64,000 nt of DNA from Lama glama (GCA_028534125.1 CM052832.1:9426001-9490000), one strand, 5' to 3'. Positions 1 through 13,088 are shown, counted from the first letter of the stretch. The notes: generated by a model not told the origin, from the sequence alone. Numbers and translations are program-made.

Positions 1-1685
1 TATGGGCATGCATGTGGCGCGGACCCATGTCCCTGGGGAGGATGGTGGATTCTGCACCTGCTTTAGAAGATGCTTGTGCCCAGACCTGGCACATGGACTG
101 GAAGTTGTCATCACTTTCAACACAGACATCAGCTGGCTTGGACCCTCATAACCAAGCTGAGAGGCAGGAGTGTTGTGTCCTTTCACAGAGGACTAGGGAG
201 ATTGGTGGCACAGCGTTGTGCAGTTAGTAAGAGGCATAGCTGAGTTATTCTGCCCTACATCTGCCAACTCTTTGGTGCCCTAGAACCTCAGGAACCCAGA
301 AGGAGAGGCTTCCCTGCTTTTGGAAGACTCCCCACCCTCCTTCATTCATAGCTGCCGTTCTAGCCTTCCGGGAGAACCAGTTCCTTTCCCTTCTGTTCTG
401 CCTGTAGCGGAATAGCTGGTTCTCACCCATCCACTGCCCAACAACCCTTGGAAGAATTATGATGGGAAGGCCCCTCTCAAATGCCTCTTCTCTGATGGCT
501 TTGGAGAAAGGGAGATGCTTGGGGAATATACCCTTTTTCCTCCTGCTTATGTGCCTTAGCCCCCATCCGCCTTTCTTGCTGTCCTCTGCTAGGACACACA
601 GTCCCCACCTTAACACCCAGGTGGAGGGAAAAGTTTCAAGTTGATCATTTGAAACTCGGGATACATTTCTGCATGGAAATAGCTTGAACATGATGCTGGG
701 TCTACCCATGATCTATCTGAGACAGATTATTAATAGCATTAGCCAAGTAGAGAGCCAATATTAATATTAATGGTTTCGTTAATTAATTAATAAATAATAA
801 GCCGTCACCATCTCTTGCCTGGACAACTATAGCAGCCTTGTAATGGGTCTGGCCTTTTCCACTCTTACCTTCTTATAGTTTGTTCTCTGTTTGGAAGGTT
901 GATCAAGCTGCATCTCTTCTCTGCTCAGAGCCCTCCAGTGGGTTCCTCTTCCCAGGACCTGGCGCCTGCTTGCCCCACTGACCTCACCCGCCAGAGGACG
1001 CAGCCACTATTCCCTCTGCCTGGAACTCTCATCCCTCCTCAGATCACCTGGTACAATCTCAGTCATCCAGACCTCTGCCAGATGTCACCTTTTCAGGTGT
1101 TCCAGGACACTTCAGACAGGTGACCTCAGATGCCCATCCTCCAGTGGCTCTTCTTCCCTTCTCCCCCTCGTTGCACTGATCCTACCCATCATTTCATTGC
1201 TGGTGTGTTTGCTTGCTTGGGTCCTCTTGGTCTCCTCCCCTAGAACTCCAGCTCCAAAAGGGCACAGACCTGGCTCATTTCCTTACTGCTCTGTGTCCGA
1301 CAGTAGGAAGAGTACCTAACACACAGTAGGCGCTCAGTCAATACCTCTAAGTAAATAGATGCATGAACAAATGAACGGATGATATGTCTACACCTGACCC
1401 ACAGGCAGGTTGTGGCTTCTTGTGGAATTTATCACACATTCCAAACATCAAAAATGAACTTCTTCCTTTCCCAGCCCTTGGGATTTGAAGTGTAGGGACT
1501 TCATTTTAGTCATCAGTCCATCGATTATTGTGGAAACCAGGACTTCTTACTCTGCATTCTTGGTGAAAATAGATAACTCTTCTCGGGTTCTGAATTTGGT
1601 AAAGGAGGAGGGCGAGCATTTTGGTGTCGTAAGTCTCCTGCCTCCAGTTTTACTGAGAACGGCCATGTATTTTTGATCACTCTAG

Positions 1686-1885
1686 AGCCGGGTGTCTCAC
1701 CTCGGCACTACTGACATTTTGGACTGGATAATTCTTGGCTGTACTGTCCTGGACACTGTAGGATGTTCAGCAGCTTCCCTGGCCTCTACCCATTTGATGC
1801 CAGTAGAACCCCCACCTCAAGCTGTGACAACCAAAAAAATGTTGCCAAGTTTCCCTTGAGCCCAAATCACCCTATGTTGCAAACT
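1686..1885 (+). mobile_element. MER20-like hAT-Charlie MITE
   Basis: Characteristic ggcactactgacattttggactggataattctt ... gatgttcagcagcttccctggcctctaccca ... gtgacaaccaaaaa. Confidence 0.8.
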
Positions 1886-1894
1886 AGTGCTCTA

Positions 1895-1976
1895 CCATGT
1901 GCTGGAAGCCCATCCACAAAAAAAAAATCTATCTTGCCCCAAATGTCAGTAGTGCCAAGTTCAAGATACCCTGCTC
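1895..1976 (-). mobile_element. Inverted MER20-like 5' fragment
   Basis: Reverse complement reads cagggtatcttgaacttggcactactgacatttgggg. Confidence 0.7.
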
Positions 1977-1984
1977 TAGCATAG

Positions 1985-2168
1985 CACCAGTGGAAATGTT
2001 CTATTTTATGCTGCCCAGGGGTGGCCACTTGCCACATGTGGCCATGGAGCACTTAAAATGTGGCTTGTACAACTGAAGAACTGAGCTTTTCCATTTATTT
2101 CATTTTAATTAATTTTAATTTAAATAGCCACTTAAATAGGCTGGTGGCCGCCATATTGGCAGTGCTGC
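1985..2168. mobile_element. MER3/MER33-like hAT-Charlie MITE
   Basis: ggaaatgttcta ... gccacatgtggcc ... gagcacttaaaatgtggct ... aaatagccac. Confidence 0.75.
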
Positions 2169-2364
2169 TCACACTTCAGCGTCGCATGAATCATCTGGGG
2201 AGAGGCGAGCCTGATTCAGCAAACCTGGGATGAGGACTGAGAGCCTGCAATTCTAGTAAATTGCCAGGGAATACCTAGGACCACAGTTTTAGTAAGATGA
2301 TCTAAGTCTCTAATATAAAAACAAAGATGACATTTCTGCTGCCTGGGAGAGCTTGTTCAAGGAC

Positions 2365-2612
2365 ACAGTGGAGTAGGGTAGGATGATGGGGAAAGTACGG
2401 TCTGTGAAGTCAGACAGATACTGGTCTAAATCCACTGTTACTCAGCTGTGTGCTCTGGGCAGCTCACTTAATCTCTCTGAGCCTCTGTCGTCTCATCTGT
2501 GAAACAAAACAACAATCATTCTCACCTTGCAGTGTGATTCTGAGATCCTACATTTGAAAGCACCAGTGCTTGCCTGGCCCATACTTGGCACTCAGGAAAT
2601 AACAGCAGGTGT
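2365..2612 (+). mobile_element. MIR SINE
   Basis: MIR core gctgtgtgctctgggcagctcacttaatctctctgagcctc...ctcatctgtgaaa. Confidence 0.7.
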
Positions 2613-2781
2613 TAACTGATTCTTCTGAAGCAAAGGCATCATTGACACAAATGAGCCCCGGCGTTTAGGCCAAGCCTGAGACCCCCCACCCCCCACCCCA
2701 TGTCAGAGTCACCCGGATGTTCTTTGGAAAAGCAGGTCCCAGGGCTCAGTCCAGACCTACTGAGTCCAAGCCTCTCACGGT

Positions 2782-2881
2782 NNNNNNNNNNNNNNNNNNN
2801 NNNNNNNNNNNNNNNNNNNNNNNNNNNNNNNNNNNNNNNNNNNNNNNNNNNNNNNNNNNNNNNNNNNNNNNNNNNNNNNNN
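2782..2881. other. Assembly gap (100 N)
   Basis: Run of exactly 100 N, the usual placeholder for a gap of unknown size. Confidence 0.99.
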
Positions 2882-3760
2882 GTTAATTTCTGGTGTACAG
2901 CATGGTGATTCAGTCATACATAACATATATGTGTATTCCTTCCCATATCCTTTTTCTTTATAGGCTATTACAAAGTACTGAATATAGTTCCCTGTGCTAT
3001 ACAATAGGACCTTGTTGTTTATCTATTTTTAATTGAGGTAAAATTCACATAGCATAAAATGAACCATTGGCCATTTGAAAGTATAGCAGTCAGTGGCACT
3101 TAGTGCGCTCTCAGTGTTATGCAGCCATCACTTCTGTCTAGTTCCAAGGCATTCTCATCACCCCAAAAAGAAACCCCACACCCATTAAGCAGCCACTGCC
3201 CATCCTCCCCCTCACCCCGACCCCAGGCCCTGGCAACTACCGGTCTGCTTTCTGTCTCCATGGACTTAACCTGTTCTGGCTTTTTCAGATAAAAGGAATC
3301 AGTCATTCAGTATGTGACCTTTTGTGTCTGACTCTTTTCACTTAATGTTTTCGAAGGTCTTCCATGTTGTAGCATGTATCAGAACTTCACTCTTTTTTGT
3401 GGCTAAATAGTATTCTGTTGTATGTAAGATTTGTTTATCTCTTAGTCAGTTGATGGACCTTTTGGTCATTTCCACTCTGTTGTGAATAGAGCTGCTTTGA
3501 ACATTCGTGAGCAAGTTTTTGTTTGAGTACCTGTTTTCAGTTCTTTTCGCTATATACCCATGGGTAGAATTACTGGGTCATTGGTAACTGTGTTGAAGGT
3601 TTTGAGGAGCTGTCACGCTATTTTCTCAAGCAGCCGCACCATTTTCCATTCCTGCCATCAGTGCATCAGGGTTCCAGTTTCTCCACATCCCCAGCAACAC
3701 TTGATCTTGTTCTTGTTGTTGTTGTTGTTACTGCCAACGTAATGGGTGCAAAGTGAAGCT
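2882..3760 (-). mobile_element. L1 3'-end fragments: younger artiodactyl-type piece (about 2882-3030) adjoining an older L1M-type piece (about 3030-3760)
   Basis: gaatatagttccctgtgctatac...gaccttgttgtttatc recurs at 11969 and 59516. The remainder matches the eutherian L1 3'UTR pattern (aaccccacacccattaagcagccact, gtagaattactgggtcatt). Confidence 0.8.
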
Positions 3761-3984
3761 TCATTCTTACCTTCCCCAGGCAGTCCCTGTGGCCCTAGAG
3801 CTGTATTCAGGAGAGCTCTCCCTGCAGTGGGTTAAGTGGCCATCCACTTCTTATGGAGCTGAGGGACTTGTGGGACTCCGCTGAACCCTGCTTTTGTTGG
3901 GCTGGTAAAACCTGTCAGAGAATTGAAGTTGTTACTTTGTGTGTGTTTAAGAGGTGGGATATTTTTTTCACACGTCTTACTGCC

Positions 3985-4352
3985 TTGTTCCACTCCAGCT
4001 GCTGTCACGAAACACTACAGAGGAAGGTGGTTTACAAACAACAGAAATTTATTTCACATAGTTCTGGAGGCTGGAGGTCCAAGACCAAGGTGTCAGTGTG
4101 ATGGTATTCCGGGAGGGTGGCCTTCTCCCTGCTGCATTGCGTGTGACTTCTTGCTGTGTCCTTACATGGCAGAAGGGGTGAGGAGCCTAATGGGATCTCT
4201 TTGATAAGGGCACTAATCCCTCTGATGAGACCTTCACCCTCATGACCTAAGCCCCTCCCAGAGCCCCCACCTACTAATAGCATCACCTTTGGGGGTTGGA
4301 TTTTAACATATGAATGAGTCGGGGTGGGGACATGACATTTAGCAAATAGCAC
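3985..4352. mobile_element. MLT1 (MaLR) solo LTR
   Basis: aaacaacagaaatttatttcacatagttctggaggctggaggtccaagaccaaggtg ... aagggcactaatccc ... ttaacatatgaat. Confidence 0.85.
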
Positions 4353-4949
4353 TTACTTCCTCTTCTTTAGTAAAGGGAACTCACCAGGTAGGGAGGCCCG
4401 ATCAGCAGAGATGACTGCCCCCGTGAGTGAGGTCCCCCACCCCAGTGCCCCGTGGGTGTTTCTGCAAGGCACCTCTGCCTGTGGCTTGGGGCTCTGGAGG
4501 GCCTGTCCCAGCATGAACTGGCTTTGAATTCTCCTGTTTTAATGAAATTTAATGTGAACTTTTGCATTCTACTGTGTAGGAGAGCTGAGCCTGATTTAAT
4601 TTTTAAAATTAGAAGACTTCACCTCAAATATTTAAGTGTATTTCAGGGCTGTATCAGGCTAATCCTGTGGCTCTGAAGATAAAGGTGATAAACCAGGGCT
4701 GGTGGACAGAGGAGTGGCAGGGGGTGCTGTAGTGGGAGTGCTTTAATGAAGGAAACAGTATTCCTCTCTGACAATGAGGATTTTGTTCCCTCTTCCGGAA
4801 TTTCCTCAAATTTAATCTCTGGGATGGAAAACAACATTTCAACGATACATTATATCCACAAGCAAAGGGAGCAAGGTCCTACGGTAACTCCCTGGGCCAC
4901 TTCAAGATTGCTTGAGGACATAAGCCCAGCACCCACAGCCCCCTTAAGT

Positions 4950-5095
4950 CAGCAGTTCTCAGCCTTGGTCACGAATTACAACTACCTGACAAGCTTGAAG
5001 CATTTTGATTTAATGGGTTTTGGTAAAACCCAGGCATCCGTTTTTTTAAAAGCTCCCCAGGTGATTTTGATGTGCAAACAGGACTGAGAACTGCT
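4950..5095. mobile_element. MER5-like hAT-Charlie MITE
   Basis: cagcagttctcagcctt ... aagctccccaggtgattttgatgtgca ... tgagaactgctg. Confidence 0.65.
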
Positions 5096-7719
5096 GTGTT
5101 AGCCCAAGGGACACACTGGTGCAAAAAGCAGACACTTGTCCATGCCCTAGGGGAGCTTACCATCTGACCGGGGAGACCCACTTTTGAATCACATAATTAA
5201 TTAATTGCAACTGTGGTAAGTGCTATTGCACACTTGCTTTTCCAGAGGGTCGACCAAGTCTCACTGCAGCTATAATCTGAAAGCAAACTAGATATGAATG
5301 AGCGGGAGCCAGGAGAAGAGCATCCTTCTCAGGACCAGCATGTGCAAAGGCCCTTGGATAGGAAAGACCTTGGAGTGTGTGAAGACCTGAAAGACAAGCT
5401 GGCTGGAGCTGTGAGCAAGAAGTTGGAAGGCCTAAGGAGGTTGGAGAGTGGTTGGTGGCCCACCATCCGTTGTCAGCCTATGATGAGTCCATCTGATGTG
5501 CTCTCAATGTTAGAGCTGCTGTGATATTGATGCGAATGGTCCAGCTTCTGTGTTCTGGGATAACAGGTGCATGAAGGCCTGATCAAGTGGCCCACCTGTA
5601 TCTCATAATAGTCTGAGCAGGACCCCCCCCCCAGTGCTTGTAAATTATTCTTTTTTCTCAACCCCCATGGAGGGAAGAGTAGGGCATCACCAGAAGAGGA
5701 GAGATGTTTGGAGAGAGAATGGGAGTTTTCACCGCATCAAAAAAGCTTCCAGGCCTCTTCTGGCTGTTGATGGAATGTGTGTCACTTGAAAATTAGATCT
5801 TCTTCCGTGTCACTGTCAGCTCTACGTAGGAGAATTCGTTTGACAGAATGGGTGGCCCCCAAGTGACTGGAGTCTAAGATTTCTCATTGCATTGATTACT
5901 CTGCCCTGTTTCTTAGATGTGCTTAGATTAAATCTCCAAATTTAATTTCTCCTCCTCCTCCTCAATTTCTCTTTCCTCCCTCTCCTGCTTTTACTTCTTT
6001 TTAAAATCTGTGCCGATTTCCAATTGATCGTGGGTGGCATGGAGGGAGTTCTTCCTGCTTCTTTCAGCCTGGCTTACTGTTTCAGAAGCCTGTAGTTTAT
6101 CGCCTGTCCCACCTCCCCTCCCGGGCTGCACCCTGCTCCTGGCCTGGTGGGACGTGAGCTGTTCTTTTCATGTTAACTGCTTTGTGGCTGACGAGAACCC
6201 TTCCTCTTTGGTTTGAGTCTCTCAGTACCCATTTAAAATGTTCATGTCCATGTTAATGTCTTCCCTCCCATGGCTCAAATCTTCATTCCCCCCTTAATCT
6301 CTAACAACAGCGTGGGATGAAAGGCGGCGTTAGTCACTTCCAGGGGCAGAAGGGACACTGAGGCCCAGCTAGCAGTGTACGGCGGGGAAGATCCTGGCCT
6401 CGCCTAGTGGCTTGCTGCCTGGGGGTCCCTGGGGCTGTGTCCTCATTGGTCACCCGTCCTGGAAGGCACTGTGGTGAGAAATAGGAAAGGCTTCCGGCTT
6501 TCTATTCTGGCTCCACCACTCTGTTTTGTGGTCCTGGACAGTCAGCAGGCCTCTATTGCCTCGCTTGTGACATGGGGATTCCAGCAGTGACTCTGTGGGA
6601 GTGTTGTCAACATTAGGGGCACCGTCTGGAGAGTCGCAGCAGCAGGCCTGGCCAGTGTTTAGGCCTTCAGGATGTGGTTGCTGTTCCATCTCCTCTACTG
6701 TCTGAAACTCAGCTATATTGTCCAAGAGCACCCAGGTCATTGGGGGTGGAGCTGAAACTGGAACCCAGGTCCACTGGCTGCCAGCCCAGAGCTCCTGGGT
6801 AGAGCTCTCCATAAGTCTCTGGATGGAATCCGGAGAGGGTGAGCCTGGGGCCGATGAGGTGAGACTGAGGGACTGTTAGCCCTGGTGCAGAGTGGGACTT
6901 CCAAGCTGGGAACTCTCAACACAGTGGCAGAGACCTGGAGGGTACATACCAAGAAACTGAGTCATCGGAACACCTGTGCCCTTGCAAAGCTGCCCTGCAG
7001 CCCCAGTACCAGCTGGGAAATTGTTTCATGGATTCCCGTTGATTTACACCTTGAGGGCAGGGCATAGCTGTCCCCCATCCCTGGTGCATGAGAGTAGTGC
7101 TGTCACTTATCCAGGGCCTGCTGGGAACCAGGAAATGTGCTCAATGTGGGACCTGTGCTCTTGCTGATCTCCCAGCAAGGGAGGCACTGCTAACCCCGTT
7201 CTACGGAAAAACCAGGCCAAATGGCCAGTGAGAGGCAGGGCCAGATTTGAACCCAGGTCTGCTTGGCCCCAAAGCTCATGTTCTGTGCATGAAATTGTGT
7301 GACCTTCCGTAGAGTAACATCCACTACGAGGCTTCTCCAGCAATCATTTTAATACTAGAACACACGTTTGCCTCCCAAAACCCACACCCACTGTCAGTCT
7401 ATGTCAACACTAACCAGCTAATTCTTAACCACTGGCCAAACTGGATTTGGTCAAGTTACCACTGTTGAAGAGAAAAATAGATAAGAGTCCTAAAACGTAC
7501 TACAAAAAGGGAGGGAAGGCAAGGTGGCCCCTGTTAGATGCCTTGTACCAGCTTAGGAACAGGGAGAATTTAGCAGACCTGTACCTTATTTTCCTGGCTT
7601 GCCCTCAGTAACTACTTGGTCACTTTTGGAAAAATCTGCACATCTGTAATGCACACCCTGAAAACCACAGTGATTGAAGCGTGATGTGAGGCCGAGAACT
7701 GATTTGATCCTTATTACGA

Positions 7720-8125
7720 GCCTCCTTTCATAGCTAGAACGTGCCATGTTCCTTCTGTCACAGGACCTTTGCACAGTCTATTCATTGTGCTGGCAACACC
7801 TTTTCTTTCTATTTTTTCCCTCCTGTCCTCCCTGTTTTGCTTCACTAATTTATTCTTAGGGCTCAGATGAAAGACTGACTCTTTGGGAAACACCACTGAC
7901 CCTTTTCTGTGCTAAATCTACCCCGTCGTACACTGTTACAGCAGCAGCCACACTTCTTCAGAGCACTTTGCTGTTATAATTATTTCTGATTTGTTAATGC
8001 TGGTTTCCCCCACGAGACAGTAAGCTCCTTGAAGGCAGGGACCATATGGGTCCTGACTGTTGTTTGCCTAGTGCTTTGCACTTGCCTGGTACCTCATAGG
8101 CACTCAGTCAACATTAATTAACCAA
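7720..8125. mobile_element. L2 LINE 3' fragment
   Basis: caggacctttgcaca ... gtaagctccttgaaggcagggacca ... taggcactcagt. Confidence 0.65.
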
Positions 8126-10082
8126 TGGATGGTTGGATAGATGGCTTGAGCCAGTTAAGTGCATTCCCTTTCCCTTAACTCCAGCCAGTATAGTCTTCTT
8201 GCAGGGAAGGGGAATTGTAATTACCTGTTTATACGTCTCCCTTGGGTCTCTTTGAAGAAGAAGGCCTCTTAAGAACCCTAGAATCTAGCCAGCACCTGGC
8301 ATAGAGCAGATGACCAATAAAAGTTGACTGTGTCATTGTCTAAGCTTTTATCTTGCCCACGAGACTAGTTCCAAGGACTCGTGCTCCTGTTGGGGAGCTG
8401 GGAGCGTTCTTTGCCCGTGTGGAGAGCAAGGATGGCACACTTACTCGTGCAGGCTGAGGAGAGTAGTTTCTCGCTTCCCACCTCATGCCATGGTTCAGCT
8501 TCTTAGTAAGGTCTGCTGTTGCAGTTGCCAGTTACTCTGTTGACTTATTTATACATAAATAGTTATTCCCATAACCTTCTCTTCGCCAACATTCAGAGAT
8601 AACGATATACAATCTTTATAACATCACAGACATCGCTTCAAAAGCATTCTTTTGCAGTAGGAATGTTTATGATGTGCTTATCGCTAGAATTTCATGAGCA
8701 ACAAACTCCCAAATTGCAGATGATTTAGCATTTGAAGCAGGGAGTGAGACTGTATTTGTGGATGCATTTTTTTTTTTAAAAAGGGACTTTGAAAAGGGAA
8801 GTTTTTCTTCTGCAGAGATATCTTCTAAAGTTTAAAATAAGAACTGCTTAAAAGCTGAGAGTCTAGAGGCATGAGCACTTTCTCTTAAACATTCAAATGG
8901 GGGAAAATGACTTGTAATCTCTCCCTTAAGTATTAAGGCAATAGGCATTTAAAGGCTTTTTTTGGGGGGAGCTGGCTGTCACAGACAAAAGATTTCTCAA
9001 TTTAAAAAAAAATCATTTTTATAGCATTAAATAGGAGGAATGAACACCAGCAGCCCTCTTGACATTTTGGAGACAATTTACTTTCTGAAACACTGTGTTC
9101 TTCCCAGTCAGGGTGGTAGCTTCGGCCGAGATGGCCGTGGTTAGGGTCGGACATTCAGGGTGGAGAAGGACAGGACTCCAGGCATAACTTCGTCCAGGTT
9201 CCCGTGAGGCCAGTGAGTTGGTGTCACCACCGCTGTCCAGGCACCCCAAAGCCACACTTCTTTCCCAAGGGCCCTGCCATGACTCTCCTTCCTGGAGAGA
9301 AACTGAACGATCTGAACTGCAGTCCAGAGGGTGAATTTGACATCGTTTTTATTTCTAGCCACCCTCTCTGAACCAAGAACCCAGCCAGACATCTCAGGAA
9401 GGTTGCCCTCTATATAAACATTTACTGTAGCACTGTTTCGTGGAATGGTGCAGGTCTGCAGACTGTTGACCGGTCCAGAAATGAGTACAGAAATTGAGAG
9501 TAATTGCTTAGAAGCTCTTATGCACATTTGACAGTGATCTGTTGCATCATTAAAAAGTAGGCTTATACTTTGTATGAATATTTCTTTTCATTTCATTTTT
9601 TTCTTTTTCTGATATTTTATAAAAAATACTCATCTGTGTTGGGTCGGAAATTAAAACAAAAACCAAGAACTAGTCCTTCCGCACAAATAGCTTGAGAAGC
9701 CCTGTGCTGTGGCGCTTGTAAGCTGCCTCTGCTCCCAGTGGGACAGGTAGGCTGCTGAATGAATTTGGGGAAATCACAGCACTTACCAAATTATCTTGTA
9801 ATGAAACACGTGTACGTGTCTCTTTCTCTTGCTAGGCTGTTGCTGGAGAGCAGGGACTGCGTCTAATTCATCTTGGTAGGCTCGTTCCTTAGAGCCCTTC
9901 CTGGCACATGGGAAGGACATGGGGAACATTGTCCAGTGCATGTCTGCTCCCCAATGACATGGAGTGGGTGAGGCCAGCCTCTCAAGCTCCTGCACGTTCT
10001 GGACAGTGTCCTTGGCAGGCTGGTGATGGACGGCTAGGAGCAGACAATGAAGAAGTGACTCTTCCTTCCCTTTTCCCCACAG

Positions 10083-10197
10083 AAACAGGCCTCCTCTTCC
10101 CACCTGCCCAGCAGCATGAGAGCAGCATGACTGGCCGGCCACAGGAGAAGCCCCCAGAGCCAGGCCCCCAACTCAGCCATCTGCTGCGGAGGTCACG
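10083..10197 (+). other. TRERF1: Probable TRERF1 5'UTR exon (115 nt)
   Basis: Strong acceptor cttccttcccttttccccacAG (AG 10081-10082) and donor ACG|GTGAGC. The sequence is non-repetitive and resembles my recollection of the human TRERF1 leader (not verified by alignment). Confidence 0.75.
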
Positions 10198-11798
10198 GTG
10201 AGCTTGCTGTCCTTCTCCTGCAAGTTCAGGCATTTTCATTTTAACTAATTCTCTGTGCTTTTGTAATCCTTCATCATGTGCTGGAAAAATGGACTTTACT
10301 AGGACATGGGTAGACTTGAAAAGTGCATATCAGCCTAATGGGGCAAAATGTGTTCATTTCCATTAATGGAGAGGCCATTGGTGGAGCAGAAAAGACCCTG
10401 AATTGAGTTTCTGGGGCTTGAAGCTCTCATTATTCCTCTACTTCCTCCTTAATCTGTGACCTGGGACAGATTGGGTATCCAGGGAATTGGGGTTGAAGGA
10501 ACCTCTGGAATAAGATAGAGTTGGAAGGATGGCCCGTTCGTGGTCTGGAACTCCCAGGACTCCTGTCCCACGCAGGGTCATAAGGGACCTTAGAGGATCA
10601 GCCAGGCCAATTCCCAGCCAATGTTGTACAGTGAATTGTCAGAAAATTCTTCCTGCTATTGGAACAAATTCTTCCTCTCTGCAGTTTCTATCTATTATCC
10701 TCTGCTCTGCCACATGGAGCCACAAAGACTGGGCTTTCAAAGACTCTTCCATGTGACTCTCTCTTGATTTGAAGATGGCTGTCATGACTCTGCTTTTCTT
10801 ATTTGTGTAAATTCTCCCTGGAGACTGGCACCACTCCCTTTGTCCTCTTGTTCCCCTCTGTTTTGGGAAGGGCTTCATCACCTCCAGTGATGGTCCGCCA
10901 GGTGCTCACTCGACCTGTGCTATTCTCAACAGAGAATCCTTCATTCACCATTCTTCCTTCAGGACATATTAAGAGCCTCCTCTGTGACAGTCACTGTACT
11001 CTGAAGATACATCAGTGAACAAGAAAGACAGGGTCTTTATCTTTTTTAAGACAAAATAGGCTGGGATTCTTAGAGTTTGAAAGAACCATGGAACCATTTC
11101 TGTGGGCTCCTTTTAAATATTTTCTCTCTTCAACTTTTTTCTGTTGTTTTGTGAGTACTTGAAAAAATGTATATCTCTAATTATTAGATATATGGTAGTT
11201 TCCTATATATGATCATCAAAATATGTTAATTCATTGTGCTGTTCAAATCATCTCTAATGTGTCCTTTTCTGTTTTTGTCTGATTAATCTTTCAATTATCG
11301 AGAGAAATGTGTTAAAAATCTCCCACTGGATTTGTCCATTTTTCCTTGTAGTGCCCAAAATTTTACTTTATATATTTTAAGGCAATACTATTTGGTACAT
11401 AGGTATTTTGAACTATAGCCTGCTAATCAATTGGGATTCATTTCTACCATCTTTATATACTTGAGATGTTTTGCTCCTTCTTTTCAGTTGAGATGTTTTT
11501 CCCCACTCATTCCATCTTCCATCTTCCTATCTGGAAGTTTTGTGCCCTGTATCTGTTCTTTCAGTGTTTATCCCATCTCTTTTAACAGGCATACTTAACA
11601 AAGTCTGAAATTAATCAGTGTCTTTACCTTCCTCCCAGACAATACAAGAATCATAAACTGGCTTAATTCTAACCACTGCCTCTCCCGATTTATATACAAC
11701 TGTTATCCTGTGTTTTCATTCTATCCTGTATTTTTCCCTACAAGTTAGACATCATTGTTTTATACAGTATGTGTTTGTATAGGTTTATCCATAATCTT

Positions 11799-12199
11799 TT
11801 TTTAAATGTATATATATATACACACATTTAAATATATATATAATTGAAGTATAGTCAATTTATAGTGTTGTGTCAATTTCTGGTGTATAGCACAATACTT
11901 CAGTCATATATGAACATGCATATATTCGTTTTCATATTCTTTTTCACCATAAGCTACTACAAGATATTGAATATAGTTCCCTGTGCTATACAGTATGAAC
12001 TTGTTGTTTATCTATTTTATATATATTAGTTAGTATCTGCAAATCTCGAACTCCCAATTTTATCCCTTCCCACCTCTTTCCCCCCTGGTAACCATAAATT
12101 AGTTTTCTATGTCTATGAGTCTGTTTCTGTTTTGTAAAGAAGTTCGTTTGTCTTTTTTTGTTGTTTTAGATTCCACATATCAGTGATATCATATGATAT
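11799..12199 (-). mobile_element. Younger 5'-truncated L1 3' end with target-site duplication
   Basis: Same family as 2882-3030 and 59365-59659. Flanked by tttatccataatctt (11784-11798) and tttatccacattctt (12200-12214). Confidence 0.85.
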
Positions 12200-13007
12200 T
12201 TTATCCACATTCTTATCAGTATCTTTTCTCACCATTATTTCATGGATCTGAGATCATTTTCCTTCTGCATGAAATAAACTCTTAGCATTATCCTTTAGTG
12301 AGAACCTGTTGGTGGAAAGCTTTCAAGTTGTTTTTGTTTTGGTTTGGTTTGAAACTGTCTTTATTTTGCTCTCAGTTTTGAGAGCTATCTTTCCTGGGTG
12401 TATTCTCTTCGAGCATTGAAGTCTTTGTTCCACTGCCTCTGGCTCTGAATGTTGCTGTTGAGAAGTTGGCTGTCGGTCTAATTGCTGTTCCTTTGTTAGT
12501 GACCTGGCATTTCTCTCGGGGTATGTTAAAGATATTGTTGTTTTCTTTGGTGTTCTGCTGCTTCATTGTCATGTAAGTAGGTGTAAATTTCGCTGTCTTT
12601 ATTCAGCTTGGGTTTTGTTGGGATTCCTAGAGATAAAGAAGGATGTGTTTCAACAGTTCTGGAAAATTCTCACCCTTCATTCTTTGAGTGTTGTCTCTTT
12701 CCCATTCTCTCTTTTATCTCCTTTTGGTACTCCAGTTAGACTTAGGATGGACCTTCTTATTCTGTTCTCTGTATCTTTTAACCTCTGTTCCATATTTTTC
12801 ACCTCTTTGAACCTCTGTGCTGAACTGTGAATAATTTCTTCCAATCTGCCTTCCATTTAATTTATTCTGTATCTCAAATGCTATTTAATCCATCCATTGA
12901 CTTTTTTTCCCCTTTCAGTTTCTTTATTTATCATTTCTAGAAGTTATGGTCCATTATTTTAAAAATCTGCTTGATTTTTTATGTCTTATTTCTTGTTCAT
13001 ATTTGGA

Positions 13008-13008
<1 letters not shown>

Positions 13009-13064
<56 letters not shown>

Positions 13065-13088
13065 TTTCTTTCTTTTTTTCTTTCTTTT

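Noticed and set aside
758..800. AT palindromes AATATTAATATT and TTAATTAATTAA
   Set aside because: Low-complexity AT sequence in which such palindromes arise easily by chance.
2639..3004. ORFs containing X runs
   Set aside because: Artefacts of the 100-N gap.
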